DNA of 64,000 nucleotides from Vicugna vicugna (taxonomy: Eukaryota): positions 4,820,793 through 4,884,792 of the forward strand of contig MU058423.1 of the NCBI GenBank assembly GCA_013265495.1, in the 5' to 3' direction. The notes beneath the pieces were generated by a model. The model was not told the DNA's origin, searched no databases, and saw nothing but the letters and a program-made list of their open reading frames with translations. Of the stretch, positions 50,632-63,010 are shown one piece after another. How positions within the stretch are numbered: position 1 is the stretch's first letter; every line of letters starts with the position of its first letter. The translations under genes and the position numbers were made by a program.

Positions 50632-52699
50632 CGGGGAGAATAGTTGTGAAAAAGGCCATAAGGTTACTTCTGCGGTGCCACACAGGTATTTGAGGACCAT
50701 AGGAAAATTAAATTTTCCAGGTACATATCTGAGTGAATATTTTACATGACCCTGGTTGCCACTCCTCCCTTTCCCAGCTATTTTATTGTGTTGTCTTCTG
50801 TCTGACAAACTGTCAACCTCGGCACCGTGAACATCAGTGCAAAGCAAGTGGCAACGTGTTTCTCTAATAAGCTTGTTCTGTAGAGGACGGAGAAGTCTCT
50901 GTTACTCTCAACCTTTCTTTGATCTGTGGGTGAACTGTGTTCAGCAGACACCAGAGAGCTCTGTTTAGAGGGCGGGATGCTCCCCACAGAATGCCTGTTT
51001 ACCCAGAGGATGTTATTCTCATAGATTGACTAAGAAGCTGAATTCAAACCCGTAGCTGCAAATTACACATTGGATGCACATAGGTGAGGTATGTGAATAT
51101 TTCACATGTCTATAATTCTTCTGTTATCTTTTTTAACCTCTTTGACTTTATTTTGGTACTTTCTGCTTTCTATGGTTTTGATTATTTTATTACATGATCC
51201 ACTGAAAATCATAGATACTACCTTATATAAAAAAACTTCATTTTTCACAAAGAATTTTGAAGTTCAAAACTGTTTAGTAGGGGGTGAATCTTGTGGGGGT
51301 AAATTTGATAAATGTAAGCATTTAAATTAAATGTTATACATTTATAGGTTACTTTTGGGGGGGTGGAAATCAATTATACCATCAAGACATACTGAATAAA
51401 AATTCTCTTACCCGCATAAATATTCTCCCTACATATTCCACAACTAAGCTGCATATTTTAGTGTGTAGCCTCACTATATACTAATCTGAAAATAATTTTA
51501 GAGTTGCAAATGCAAAGTTTCTTTTTCCTCACGGATTCCAGCAGGAGAGACAGTCGTGTGAGGAAAACAACCTTTAGTTTCCCACAAACAGCTCGATGAA
51601 GCCAGGAAATTACCAAGGCACCGAAGCTGCGAGTGAGGAACATGGTAGGCCACCTTACTCATGCTGATCTATGGTCTAATTTCAAGTTTTTCATTTCGTA
51701 AAAGTTCTTGTCTCAAGGAAAGCAATTCCCCCTGCCTACATCCTACTTTTATCTCTGAAATAAATTGTAAAAAATGCAGGATACCCTTGGAATGGAATGT
51801 TTGTTATTAAGAGCTGACTTGGCCCTTCTTTGAACTACAGCTGCACATCGTCCCTTATCAATAAATCGTCCCAATGGCTTCCGTCCCCTCCTCTCAGGCC
51901 AGGAAGTCACAGTCCCTCTGGTCTGACACACCTCTGAGGTGGGTTCTTCTTTAATGTATGTCAAATGTACCTACACATCAAATGACATTTCAAGAGCTCC
52001 AGATATCTCAAGCCTTCAAGTAGAGTGGTGTTCTAAAATAGCTAGAGTCTAATTTTGCTTTTGAAAAGGGAAAAGATACCACTCTAGGTCACAATATATG
52101 GACCTATTTGGGTGGTATTTTTTATATTTCCCTCTCTGCCCTACTAGATTGTGAGCTTGAATGGGCCAAGTCTCTGCCTTAATTTACTTTTGAATGTTCT
52201 CCCTTGGCTGAGTGCCTTAAATAGAGCAGATAATCAACGCATTTTGAGATGAACTTTGAAATTTCTAGAGACACATGTTTTGTCTCCCTCCCACCCCTGC
52301 TCTGTCCCAAGGAAGGTGGACAAAGGGAGCAGCAAAGGGGAAGATCTCACTGACAATATTAAGAAATGGAATTGGGTTTGGATTCCCTTAGCGCCTCTTC
52401 GTTCCATCACACACCCACATTACCTTGTCCATCGTCACTTAGAATCCAACATTAATATTTATTTATTGAGAGGCCTGTGATTTACTTGCTTTACTGTATT
52501 TAAACTACTTACTTATGTGGGGAGATAAAATTATTAGGAACTTGATTTAGTAAATTATCCAACGTCACAATTCTAGGTGGCGGATAGGAGAACTGGACTT
52601 GGTATCTGTGCCTTTTTCATTCTCAAAGGTGAGGTCTCTCTCTCCTCCTCCTCCCGCCTCTCTTGCTGCTCTCAGACCCGACTCCTCTTGTCCCCTCTG

Positions 52700-54240
52700 A
52701 CCTTGTTCTATCATTCACCACTATCACTTCCTTTCCAAACAACTCCATGCTAGTGGTTTTTTCCTTCTGAATGTCCCCAGATCTCTCCCATCTTAAATCT
52801 GCCTGCCTTGACCTTGTACCTCCTTGTGGTTACAGCCTCCTCGCTCTCTCCTCCTTCATGAAAAAGTAGCCTCTACTCATTGTCCCCACTTCCTCACTTC
52901 CCATTTACAATGCAACTCACAGCAGTTCGCTTTTGTGCCAAACAAAGTGAAATTGCTCTGGCAAGGGTCAACAATCAATGGATGTGTTTCAATTTTTATG
53001 TTCCCGGAATAAAGGCCCACAGCAATAACTTTTATTGGATGGACATATATATACGTTCTTTGACTTTCTTGAAACTCCTAGTTTCCTTCTGTGGGACCGG
53101 TTATTCTTTTACCCTCTTTAACCTCTGATTCTAAGTTTTTGCCCATGGGCATCTCTTCTGCTTTCCACCTGAACTCTGGTGATTCTCATATTCCATTCTC
53201 ACAGCCTGCTACTCTGCTCACTCTAAATCTTGTCTCCTTGGACATCATTCATTCTCTTCTCTTTTAGATGGAGCCCTCATCTTTAAGTTCATTTTCCTCA
53301 AGACAGTCTAACTTCTTGCTGCATATTTCCATTCAAACATTGTAGAAATTACTATTTTACAGGTTCCTCTTGAAAGAGTTTAGAATTTTGTCTTCCAGAT
53401 TCTCTTTCCCCCTGCCCCCATTGCACTACTTTGAAAAAGCATCACCATTCCCCTGGCCTCCCTATACTGGAGTTATCATTCAGTCCTATTCCTTACCCAC
53501 CACATCCAGCCAATTGCCAAATCCATCAGATCTCATCTCCTAAATTATTCTGAAATCTGTTTCCTAGTTTGCACTACAACTATATGATACCAAGTTCAGG
53601 CAGGTATCAGTTCTAAGATACCAGTTCTTAGTAGCAGTAAATAACAAGATAGCCAATTAGCTCATGACGATGTGCCCCGTCCTTCAATGTGCCCCATCCT
53701 CCCCACCTCATCAGCCAAGCCATTCCGAATCCTGCAGCCAGAGAGAGCCTTCCAAAATAAAAATTTGTCCATTTTATTCTCCTTTTTAAAGCTCTTCAGT
53801 GGCTCCTCACCACCTCCAAGATGAAAGTCCCATCTCTTCGTCTTGGTATTAAAGATTTGCATAAACTGTGTTGTTTATATTCTAGTACATCTTGCTGTTC
53901 GCTGTCTCTTTAGGGTTGATATTGCAGCTGCTCTATCTACAATGCATCTGTGAAAATTTTTCCTTTTCTTAATTGTGTTTATCCCTTAAGTTTCAAGTTA
54001 GTTTTCAACTCCAGGAAGCCTATGTCTCATCATAACCACCTCTCTTGTCATCCTGTAATATCTTACATATAGATCTCTCTAATAGCTTTACTACTCTGTG
54101 TTAAAATAATTCAGGTGTCTTTCTCCCCACTAGATGATAAATTTCTCAAAGCCAGAGATGATGTGTGATTTGTCTTTGTGTAGCTGTGTATCATATACTT
54201 CACACAGTAGGTATCAATAAATGCATCTTGAACTGAATTG
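52700..54240 (+). mobile_element. L2 LINE, long degraded 3' portion
   Basis: 'gtgaaattgctctggcaagggtcaacaatc', 'aaagctcttcagtggctcctcacc', 'ctccccactagatgataaatttctcaaagccagaga', ending 'caataaatgcatcttgaactgaa'. Confidence 0.75.
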
Positions 54241-54334
54241 ACATTTATTGCATGTTATTTCAGTTTTTAGTCATATTATTCAGTATTTCAGAGACTTGTG
54301 ATAATTTTTCCTACCACATGTAACTAGGGTGGTG

Positions 54335-54520
54335 ATTAAAACAGCCTTGCCGAATACAGCTTGTTCACCACAACCCCACAGCTGAGGGAGATGATAAAGC
54401 CCCCAGATTGGAAGTAAGGAAACTGGGTTGTGGAAATACTAACAAACATGTCCAAAGTCACACAGTAAGTAGAAGAGCCCATATTTATACCCAGAGAGTC
54501 TGCCTGTCTCAAAACCGGAT
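54335..54520 (-). mobile_element. MIR SINE
   Basis: 'aaggaaactggg', 'tgtccaaagtcacacagtaagtagaagagcccatattt'. Confidence 0.7.
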
Positions 54521-57029
54521 CCATACAAGAAAACAGTTAGGTTTTCATCTATGTTATCTATCTCAGGAAAATCAAGTGGAGGCTGGTTTGTTTGCTTGTT
54601 TGTTTTGCCATATTTACTTATTCCTTTGATGTAGGATAGAGATGGATTCACTCTATTACTTTTGAAAATATCAAAAGTGAATTCTGAGTAAACTGAAATC
54701 AGATTATAAAGATGTTCAAGAAGCAATAGGGAGTCAGATTTCTCACAAACCAACCTCCATCATGCTCAACATTGTGCCCAGAACATATCACATAGCGTAA
54801 GCGGTCGTATTTCAATTTCAGTAAATGACATAATTCCTTGAAAAATTTTGACTATTCCCTAGACTTCATCCATGCCCTCAGTATTGCAGCACATTAGTAC
54901 AAAAAGATAGGTATGATTTGACTCAGCTGGAATATTCGGAAACAGTTTTGAAAAGTTTTTTTTCACTAATCTGTTTGTTAGAAATCTACTAAGTCCGTCT
55001 GCACAGTTCTCTCTGCCATCCCTCAGTGTCTACAACAGGGACCATGATATGCCTTTCACATTTCTTATTAGTATAGTCACATGGAGGCTACTGAGATATG
55101 GCTTCTGGCACTCGGCTTGGAACAAGTGAAGTGCTCAATAAATACATATTTCTCCCTCTTCCTCTTTTACTTCCTCTCTTGCATTCCTGTCCTCTTTGCC
55201 ATCTGTAATACTCACTAGATTATTGCCATCATGTCCTCCATGGTTTCTCACTCTCCATTTCTTTTGCAGTCCATCTTCCCCTGTGCTGTCTGGGCACAAA
55301 GTGAGCTAATTACAAGGCTACTGGAAAGGTCAGACTGCGAAGCCCGAGAAATGTTCATTAATAATGAAATCTAGCATGAGATTTAATTTATATTTTGAAT
55401 TTTGGAAGGAAGATAGAGGACATTGGTGAGATTCAAGTTGAAGCCATTTTCATGACATTTTAAAACACGCGTTGTGGTCCAGCCTTGATCTGTGTCCAAT
55501 GCTTTCTTCTTAAGATACCATCTGACAACCTTCCCCTTATGTGTTAGACGAGAACTAGCGTCACGTTTTCCCTCTCTTTGCTGAGGTCATTCCCAGGAGA
55601 ATGTTTACTTAAGACCAATTTATTTAAATTTATTTTAAAAAATTAAAAAAATTATTTATATAGCTGTGAATGATCTAGGAATCTCAGGAAAAAAGTTCCT
55701 AAGTGATGATAAAACATTGTAATCCTGTACAATTTTTTGTGACCGCTGTACATGCAGCAAAAACACCGTCAAAGAGGGCAGAGGCCAAAATTGATGGGAT
55801 TATCTTCTGTCTCACCCCTTGCAGAGCTCCCTCCCCCCAAAGATGCCTTTGTTTCCACAGGCAACAGAGCTGCCTGTGGCAGCTGATTCTGAAGCACTGG
55901 ATTGACTCTCATGCCCCGAGGTAAACAGTTGCCTGCTGCACTAAGTAAATACCGAAAGCAAAACTCTCCTGCTAAAAAACCTGACCAGCATGAATTGAGG
56001 GGTAACTACAGGCTGCTCCAAAAAGCCCGCCTCCAACCGTTCCCTGATAAAGGTTCCCGGAGAGAGTGCTGTATGCCCTGCGGTTTCCATAATTTCTGCC
56101 ATTTAGGGATGAGAGTCTTTGTCAGATGTTTGCAGCTTTTGGATCAGTTTGACACAGAACAGAATGTCATCAATGTCATCACTGCCCTTCAAATTCCAGG
56201 GAAACATTTCTAGCACATTTGTTTGTTTCTAGATCAAGGTGAGCTGAAGGAGTTTTCCTCGTTCTTTGAAACCAAGAGTTTGGGGCATGCACATATAATC
56301 ACACATTTTTGGCTATGGACGAAAGTGGGGGTAATTATTGTAATTATGGCATCATGAACTTTCACAGTTAATCGTCTTCATTTCTCATTTGCGAGTCCAA
56401 ATGTGTTCCACTGAATGGTATTAGGCTATTTCTAAATAGTATTTAATGATAATTGCAAAATTCAGGTGATGTCAGCAATACTGTTTTTATAATGTAGGCT
56501 ATCTGAATAAGAACTCGGTCAACCTGGATGTTTTGTCTATTTTTTAACCCATCAGGTGAGCAAGTGCAAAAGGAGAGAGAACAGCTCTGGGAAGGAGAAG
56601 TTCCTTGAGTCTGGAGGTATTGGCTTTATGTGTATCTTCAACTCTAATGCAGTTTCCTCATATTCCAAACACTTTATTGCATGGAGAAACACTAAGTAGT
56701 AGAGAATGACTTTGCAACATTCTGGTGGTGTATTTATTCTGTGACGACAAGGGACTGGGCATCCAGCCCTCCGCTGTATTCCTACCCTCTCACATAATTT
56801 TCACTTAATTATGACACTTAGTGTTATTACTTGCTGAAAGATTGACTTGCAAGTTAGTAGAAGCTTTTGCAGAGACACTGCAAAATTAAGCCGCAATGCC
56901 TCTCCTGGAGGGAAGAGATGCATGAGCCAGTACTTGTAAGATGTAAGTGCTGTGGTAGAAATACGCATTCATCAAGGATTCTGCCATCAACGTCTGAAAA
57001 AAATATCAACATGGTGAGCTGGTGTTTAG

Positions 57030-57190
57030 AATAATATTTTCTTCTATGTGGATGATTGTTTATGAAGCACATCATCTTATTTGATCCTCAGAGCTGGACT
57101 ATGAGTTAGAGAGAAATTCCCATTTAATGGGATGTAAACAGAAGTTAAGGGAACTTAAAATTATTTCCCTAAGGTCACAAGGCAGTTATC
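57030..57190 (-). mobile_element. MIR SINE
   Basis: 'catcatcttatttgatcctca', 'ccctaaggtcacaaggcag'. Confidence 0.6.
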
Positions 57191-57461
57191 CAGGTCCTCC
57201 GAATACTTTCTCGGAATCCTTCCTCAGGTCTCTTTCTGGTCTACCCTTGCCTCCTCAAATTTTCATTGGGGAGAAGGAGGGTGAAGGCTCTACCATGCAG
57301 GAATGAAACAGCAAGGCCATTTAATTACAGGTGGTCATTCAGTTACACAATGGTCAGATAAAACGCATCCAAAACTTTCAGAACACTTATCTGTATAGGG
57401 AACCGAAGATTCATTGACAGCTTTTGGACCAGATTATCAAAATGTTAAAAGAGAAATACTA

Positions 57462-57652
57462 GATACAAACCTCTATATATAAAATAGATGAACAACAAGG
57501 TCTACTGCATAGCCCAGGGAACTGTATTCAAAAGCTTGTAATAACCTATAATGAAAAAGAATCCAAAAACAGCCTGTGTATGTATAACTGAATCACTCTG
57601 CTGTACACCAGAAACTAACATAATATTGTAAATCAACTATACTTCGATTAAA
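57462..57652 (+). mobile_element. 5'-truncated artiodactyl L1 3' end with degenerate TSD
   Basis: 'tatataaaatagatgaacaacaagg', 'actgaatcactctgctgtacaccagaaactaaca...aatcaactatacttc'. TSD aaaagagaaatacta / aaaaaagatatacta, following a tt|aaaa site. Confidence 0.88.
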
Positions 57653-58674
57653 AAAAAGATATACTAATGGAAACATGAATTTCGGGACTACATGCCAATA
57701 TATTAATTACTTACATTTGCAAAATGCTCTAAAACTTTAAGACCTTTTCTATCAGTGATCTCATTTCATTTTCACGCAAGTCACTTAGTTGAGAGGTGTT
57801 GGAGCTGCGCCACACTTTCAGGTGATTCTAGGCCTTGTATTCTCTTCATTCCTCAGCTAGTTGGCAGACATCCTGGAGGCGTCGGTGGCATTACCAACGT
57901 GGTTTGTAGTCACGGCTAAATCCCCACCTGGGCCTATACGGTGGCTCCATGAACACTGCCTGCACAGCATCTTTGTGTAGTTAGCTCTCTAATCTCGTCA
58001 GGGACAGGGCACAACAGTGTGACTCAGTCCGCCCAAATCTATCCCGTATAATGGAAAAGTATTCATTCGACCTTAGTAAGTATTTGCTATATGCCAGGTA
58101 CTGTGCAGGTACTGTGTTAGCTGTTGCCTTTGCTTTACGCAACATAAAACATAGTTTGTGCTCTAAATCAGGTTGTCAACTGCACAGGTTTCATCGCCTT
58201 TCTATATAAAGAAGAGAACATAAGGTTACAACAGTTAGGAAGTGTGTCATGCAGAATTCCCAAGGAATGAATTTGCGAGATGAAGTCATAGTGGTTGATG
58301 TTATTATCAGGTTGCTTATCACCTAAAATATTTGTCGCAAGAATTCAAATTTAGCCCGCAGGTGTCAGAAGAATATTTTATTTAAAGTTACAACTTAACG
58401 AGATGAGGCCTTTTGTAAGTGTTTCTGGGCAACTTTTTCCCCCTCATTGGTAAAGATAATTTCTTTTGGTTTCCCAGGAGTGTCTATAACACAGGATGGA
58501 CGTCTCTCTTAGTCTCTCAGGATTTGTTCCTCGAACAGATGATCCGGTTTCTGGTTATTCAAGAGTCTCTTCTTTTCCAACTGCTGGCAGGTTGGTTTTG
58601 TGATGTTTCTCCTGGTACTCTCTCAGAGATATACATTAACATCTCAAGTTTAAATTAAAAAAAAAATGTAAAGG

Positions 58675-58811
58675 AGAATGGGGTTCAAAGCCAGTCAAAC
58701 AAGATTTTGAACTTCAGTTCCATAGATGAGTATTTATATTTACTCTGGGGGTTCAGTTACCTTTTCTGGCCCGCAGTTTCTTCATTTGTAAACAGCGGTG
58801 AGAATTCCTAC
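58675..58811 (+). mobile_element. MIR SINE 5' part, abutting an LTR
   Basis: 'cagtttcttcatttgtaaa' core. Confidence 0.65.
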
Positions 58812-59263
58812 TGGTACTGAACCAAACTGGCGTCTGCTCAGGCGAGCACAGTAAAGCCCTTCTATTGACACAGGGCTGCGGGGAAGGAAAGTGCGGCATT
58901 TACTGTGAAGGCACCGATACGGGGAGGGTGGGTGGCCCCTGCACTAAAACCTCCAAACTCCCCAGAGGGTTTCCGCAAAGCATTTTTAAAGACCAGATGA
59001 GGGAGGTGGGTCACAGGGTCTGTGATCAGCTGGCGCACAGCTCTCTGATTGGTTGATGGCGGGGTAACAAGCGTGACGTCAGAAGGGTTAACATATCAAT
59101 CCTTAAACTTCCGTTTAGCGGGGGTTTCAGCAACTGTAAAACAGCCCAGGATGTGCAGCAGATACTGTTACCAAGGGACTTCAGAGAGGAGCTAAAGCAG
59201 GGGGGATGTGGGGCGGGAGGCGTGTCTGTCCTGGGAAGGCCCCATAGGGTCCTGCTCAGGTAC
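58812..59263 (-). mobile_element. ERV1-class solo LTR (LTR8/MER4-group-like)
   Basis: 'tactgaaccaaactgg...cagtaaagcc...ggaaggaaagtg', 'gtgatcagct...ctctgattggttgatgg', ending 'cccatagggtcctgctcaggtac'. Confidence 0.75.
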
Positions 59264-61084
59264 TGTCTCTAAGTTTTATTCATATTTATAAAGCAAATAT
59301 CAAATTAGTTATAAGGAAAAAGTTTTTAAAAATATGGTTATTATAATACTTTCTATAACTCTGTTTTTAATTCTTTAGTGGCCCTTATACTGATAGATAC
59401 TAGCATTTCTTATAAGTCTGGGCTGTCATGGTAACCAGTGTAGCAGACTGCTGCTCTCACCGCGCTTGGAGAGCTGAATCTGAAGGCTGATCTGCACAAA
59501 GCAGACAAAGCACCAACACGGCTGTGTGTTCCTCTGTTTAAGCATCCTTTGCCTGCATACTTCGAGTAACCCTGCTTCACTCCTGGCTTTTATAGGGCAA
59601 AAGTGAATGCTGTTCATTCATTCTTGTATTTAGCAGTTTAATAAACACATTCAGTTTGTTAATACAAACATCCAATAAATAGATAAAGGCCTCAAGAACC
59701 ATAAGTGTTTCTATGTAATATTGAATATTTAAATGCTTTGACAGATGAATCGTGAAACAGTAAAAAGAGGATTCTGGCTTGCTTTTTAACCAATTTTCCT
59801 AGAACTGCCTGATTCAATGAAAACCTTTGAAAAGAGAATATTATACTCTGATGTGCCAGTGCTCATAACAAGTTCTAATAGTATGTTGTTACATTGATAT
59901 CTGAAAAATATTCTTCTAACAGATGCTTATTAATTACCTATCACATGCCAGGCACTCTGCTAGGCACTGCAGAAATTAGGGTGAGTGAAAGCAGACAACG
60001 TGGCACCCACTGAAGCAGAGACCAGCCAGGTTTGTGAGCACCACCCAGTCTCATGGTCATCATTGCCTGGGCCTGAGGTCAAGATGCCTGCTTGGTGCAA
60101 GCTTGGCCACTGATGGTTTCTCTCTTGAAAATCTGAAAATCTAGTAAGAGGCATCAAAATTTGGGGTTTGTTCAGGCTGAGTTATATCAGTGTCACCCAT
60201 AGAGGACCACAGACTGATCCAGTAAGATACCTGGAATCAGATCTTCATCTTTTGCTGAGCTAACCTAGACTAATTCCACAAGATCCACTCTGAGGTTTCA
60301 GCTGACTCAAAGCAATCAGCTTCTTGTAGTCCCTCTCCCCCACAAAACACATTATCTTGACCAACATACTATTGATCTGTATATAATATTATAAAACCAT
60401 AATATAAAATACAATATACTGACCAATGAATCAAGATCTAGAACGTACAATCATGTTCTGCTCTACTTTCATGAGTTAAGTAAATTTCATTTCATCATAC
60501 TCCTCCTTTAAGATGGTTAAGATAAAATTAAAAAGTACATTCTCAATTCCTCTGCCTTTAGTGCTCTGTGTGTCTGTGGCAATGTCCTGGGTCTCACGAG
60601 CTATTATGAGCCTGACTACTGTTATGTATGTCAGGAGGTATACTCTCCTTGTGAATTAAAACCCATTTTGTACTTGGAGGGGTAAATGAGTACAAAGCTC
60701 TTCATGGTGACTTAATTTTCAGTATAATTAGAGACTTAGTACCTGCCTTATAGTAATTTCAAAGTTCTGAAAGTATACAAGTGAAAAAATGCTTTAACTA
60801 TTATTATTTTATTATTCATTATTAATCAAGTTATTATTCATTGACCTTACGTAGATACCCCATGCCCCCTCACCTACTCTTTTCTTCGTAGTGCTTGTTA
60901 CAATGTGACTGCTATTCATATCTTGTCTATTATATTTCTTCCTAAACTAGGTAGCTGCAAAGGAATAGGGACTTTGCCTCCTGTCTTTATGGCCAGCACC
61001 AAACTATGTCTTTTACCTCTTACCCGCTCAGGCATCACCTGTTGAATGAATAACTGGATAGATGGAGCAAAGGTATACTAAGAT

Positions 61085-61285
61085 GGCTGGGTGCATGGAC
61101 TTTGGTGCTAAGCAGACCTGGGTTCAAATATTAACTTGTCATTTAGTAGCTGTATGAATTGGGGAAAACTAATTAACAATTGTAGAACTCATCTATCAAA
61201 CGGGGGTATTAATTTACTGGTTCTTTTGAACCATGGTCCTGGGCTTGGTTCATCATACATGGTAAATGGTAGATACTGTGATTTA
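61085..61285 (+). mobile_element. MIR SINE
   Basis: 'gcatggactttggtgctaagcagacctgggttcaaat...tttagtagctgtatga'. Confidence 0.75.
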
Positions 61286-61721
61286 TTTGTGAGTGCTCAG
61301 CATGTGATTTACTGTTCTTTGTTCCTAATTTTCCCCGACATAAACTGATGTTCTGCCTCGTTTTAGTTTTGCTTTTGATTTCAGTTTTTAACTGAAGCAC
61401 AAATTAACAAAGCACAAATATTTTCCCTTTTTGCTCTTTATGACTATAACACAAAGTTGCAAATCATGTCTTTATGTTTTATTTATTTTGCTTCTAATAA
61501 GAATCAAGTAAAATTAAAGAATCTTGTAATGAGATTGGAGAATTGAGTATACTGATTTTGAACTACTTTCGTGTTTAATCTGTTCTCATTGATTAGATGA
61601 ATTACTGTCTAAATTTACCACCATCTATTAGAAACACATAGATGAACTGCAAAAGAATACATTTTTAAATGCTACAATAGTTATATTTTCCCTAACAATA
61701 AAAAAGTATATATATATATAT

Positions 61722-61865
61722 ATAACATCTTTATTGTCATGTGGTTCCTGTACAGTAAACTACACATACTTCAAATGTATTGTTTGATGAATTTTGGTAG
61801 GTATATACACCAATGAAATCATTACCACAATCAAGATAGCTAACAGTTCCATCACTCCCCAAGAG
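61722..61865 (-). mobile_element. Old L1MB/L1MC-type 3' end
   Basis: 'aacatctttattg...tttgatgaattttg...accacaatcaagatagctaacagttccatcactcccc'. Confidence 0.7.
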
Positions 61866-62142
61866 GTGCAGTTTTCAAATAAAATTCCTAATTTATCCCT
61901 TCCCACCCCCTTAACTCCTTGGTAACCATAAGTTTATTCTCTATGTCTGTGAGTTTCTTTCCGTTTTGTAGATAAGTTCATTTGTGGCTTTTTTTTTTTT
62001 TTTAGATTCTACATATGAACGATATCATATGGCATTTTTCTTTCTCTTTCTGACTTACTTCACTTAGAATGATCATCTCCAGGTCCATCCATGTTGCTGC
62101 AAATGGCATTATTTTATTCTTTTTTATGGCTGAGTTGTGTTC

Positions 62143-62147
<5 letters not shown>

Positions 62148-62185
<38 letters not shown>

Positions 62186-62203
62186 CATATATATATATGT
62201 ATA
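62148..62203. repeat. (TG)n(CG)n(TA)n compound microsatellite inside the L1
   Basis: Directly visible alternating purine-pyrimidine tract. Confidence 0.95.
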
Positions 62204-62237
62204 AAATATATACATCACATCTTCTTCATCCAGACAT

Positions 62238-63010
62238 CTATTGGTGGACATTGGGTTGTTTCCATGTCTTGGCTATTGTAAATAGTGCTGCTATGAACAT
62301 TGGGAGGCATGTGTCTTTTTGAATTATATTTTTCTCTGGATATATGCCCAGGAGTGGGATTGCTGGATCATATGGTAAGTCTATTTTTAGTTTTTTAAGA
62401 AACCTCCATACTGTCCTCAATAGTGGCTGCACCAATTTACATTCCCACCAACAGTGTAGGAGGGTTCCTTTTTCTCCACACTCTCTCCAGCATTTATCAT
62501 TTGTAAACTCTTTAATGATGGCCATTCTGACTCGTGTGAGGTGATATCTCATTGTAGTTTCGATTTGCATTTCTCTAACAATTAGTGATGTTGAGCATCT
62601 TTTCATGTGCTTGTTGGCCATCTGGATGCCTTCTTTGGAGAGATGTCTATTTAGGTCTTCTGTCCATTTTTAATTGGGTTGCTTTTTTTTTTGACATTAA
62701 GGTGTATGAGCTGTTTGTGTATTTCGGAAATTAGTCCCTTGTTGGTCCCATCATTTGCAAATATATTCTCCCACTCTGTAGGTTGTCTTTTCATTTTGTT
62801 GGTGGTATCCTTAGCTGTGCAAAAGCTTTTAAGTTTAAATATATCCCATTTGTTTATTTTTGCTTCTGTTTCCATCACTCAAGGAGCTGGTTCAAAAAAT
62901 ATATTGCTATGATTTGTGTCCAAGAGTGTCCTGTGTTTTCCTCTAGGAGTTTTATAGTATCTGGTCTTACATTTAAGTCTTTATTCCATCTTGAATTTAT
63001 TTTTGTATAT
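62238..63010 (-). pseudogene. Disrupted L1 ORF2 C-terminal region (cysteine-rich domain)
   Basis: Peptides [42 protein letters not shown]...[13 protein letters not shown] and [20 protein letters not shown]...[12 protein letters not shown]...[12 protein letters not shown] lie in different frames with stops. Confidence 0.92.

Noticed and set aside
54215..54250. L2-tail hairpin (caataaatg...catttattg) resembling L2-derived miRNAs such as mir-95
   Set aside because: Only a 9-bp stem with an 18-nt loop, and pairing does not extend well. Too weak for a pre-miRNA.
117..61400. The many 60-135 aa ORFs in the six-frame track
   Set aside because: They have no recognisable protein homology, mostly overlap repeats or low-complexity sequence, often use non-ATG starts, and are of lengths expected by chance.
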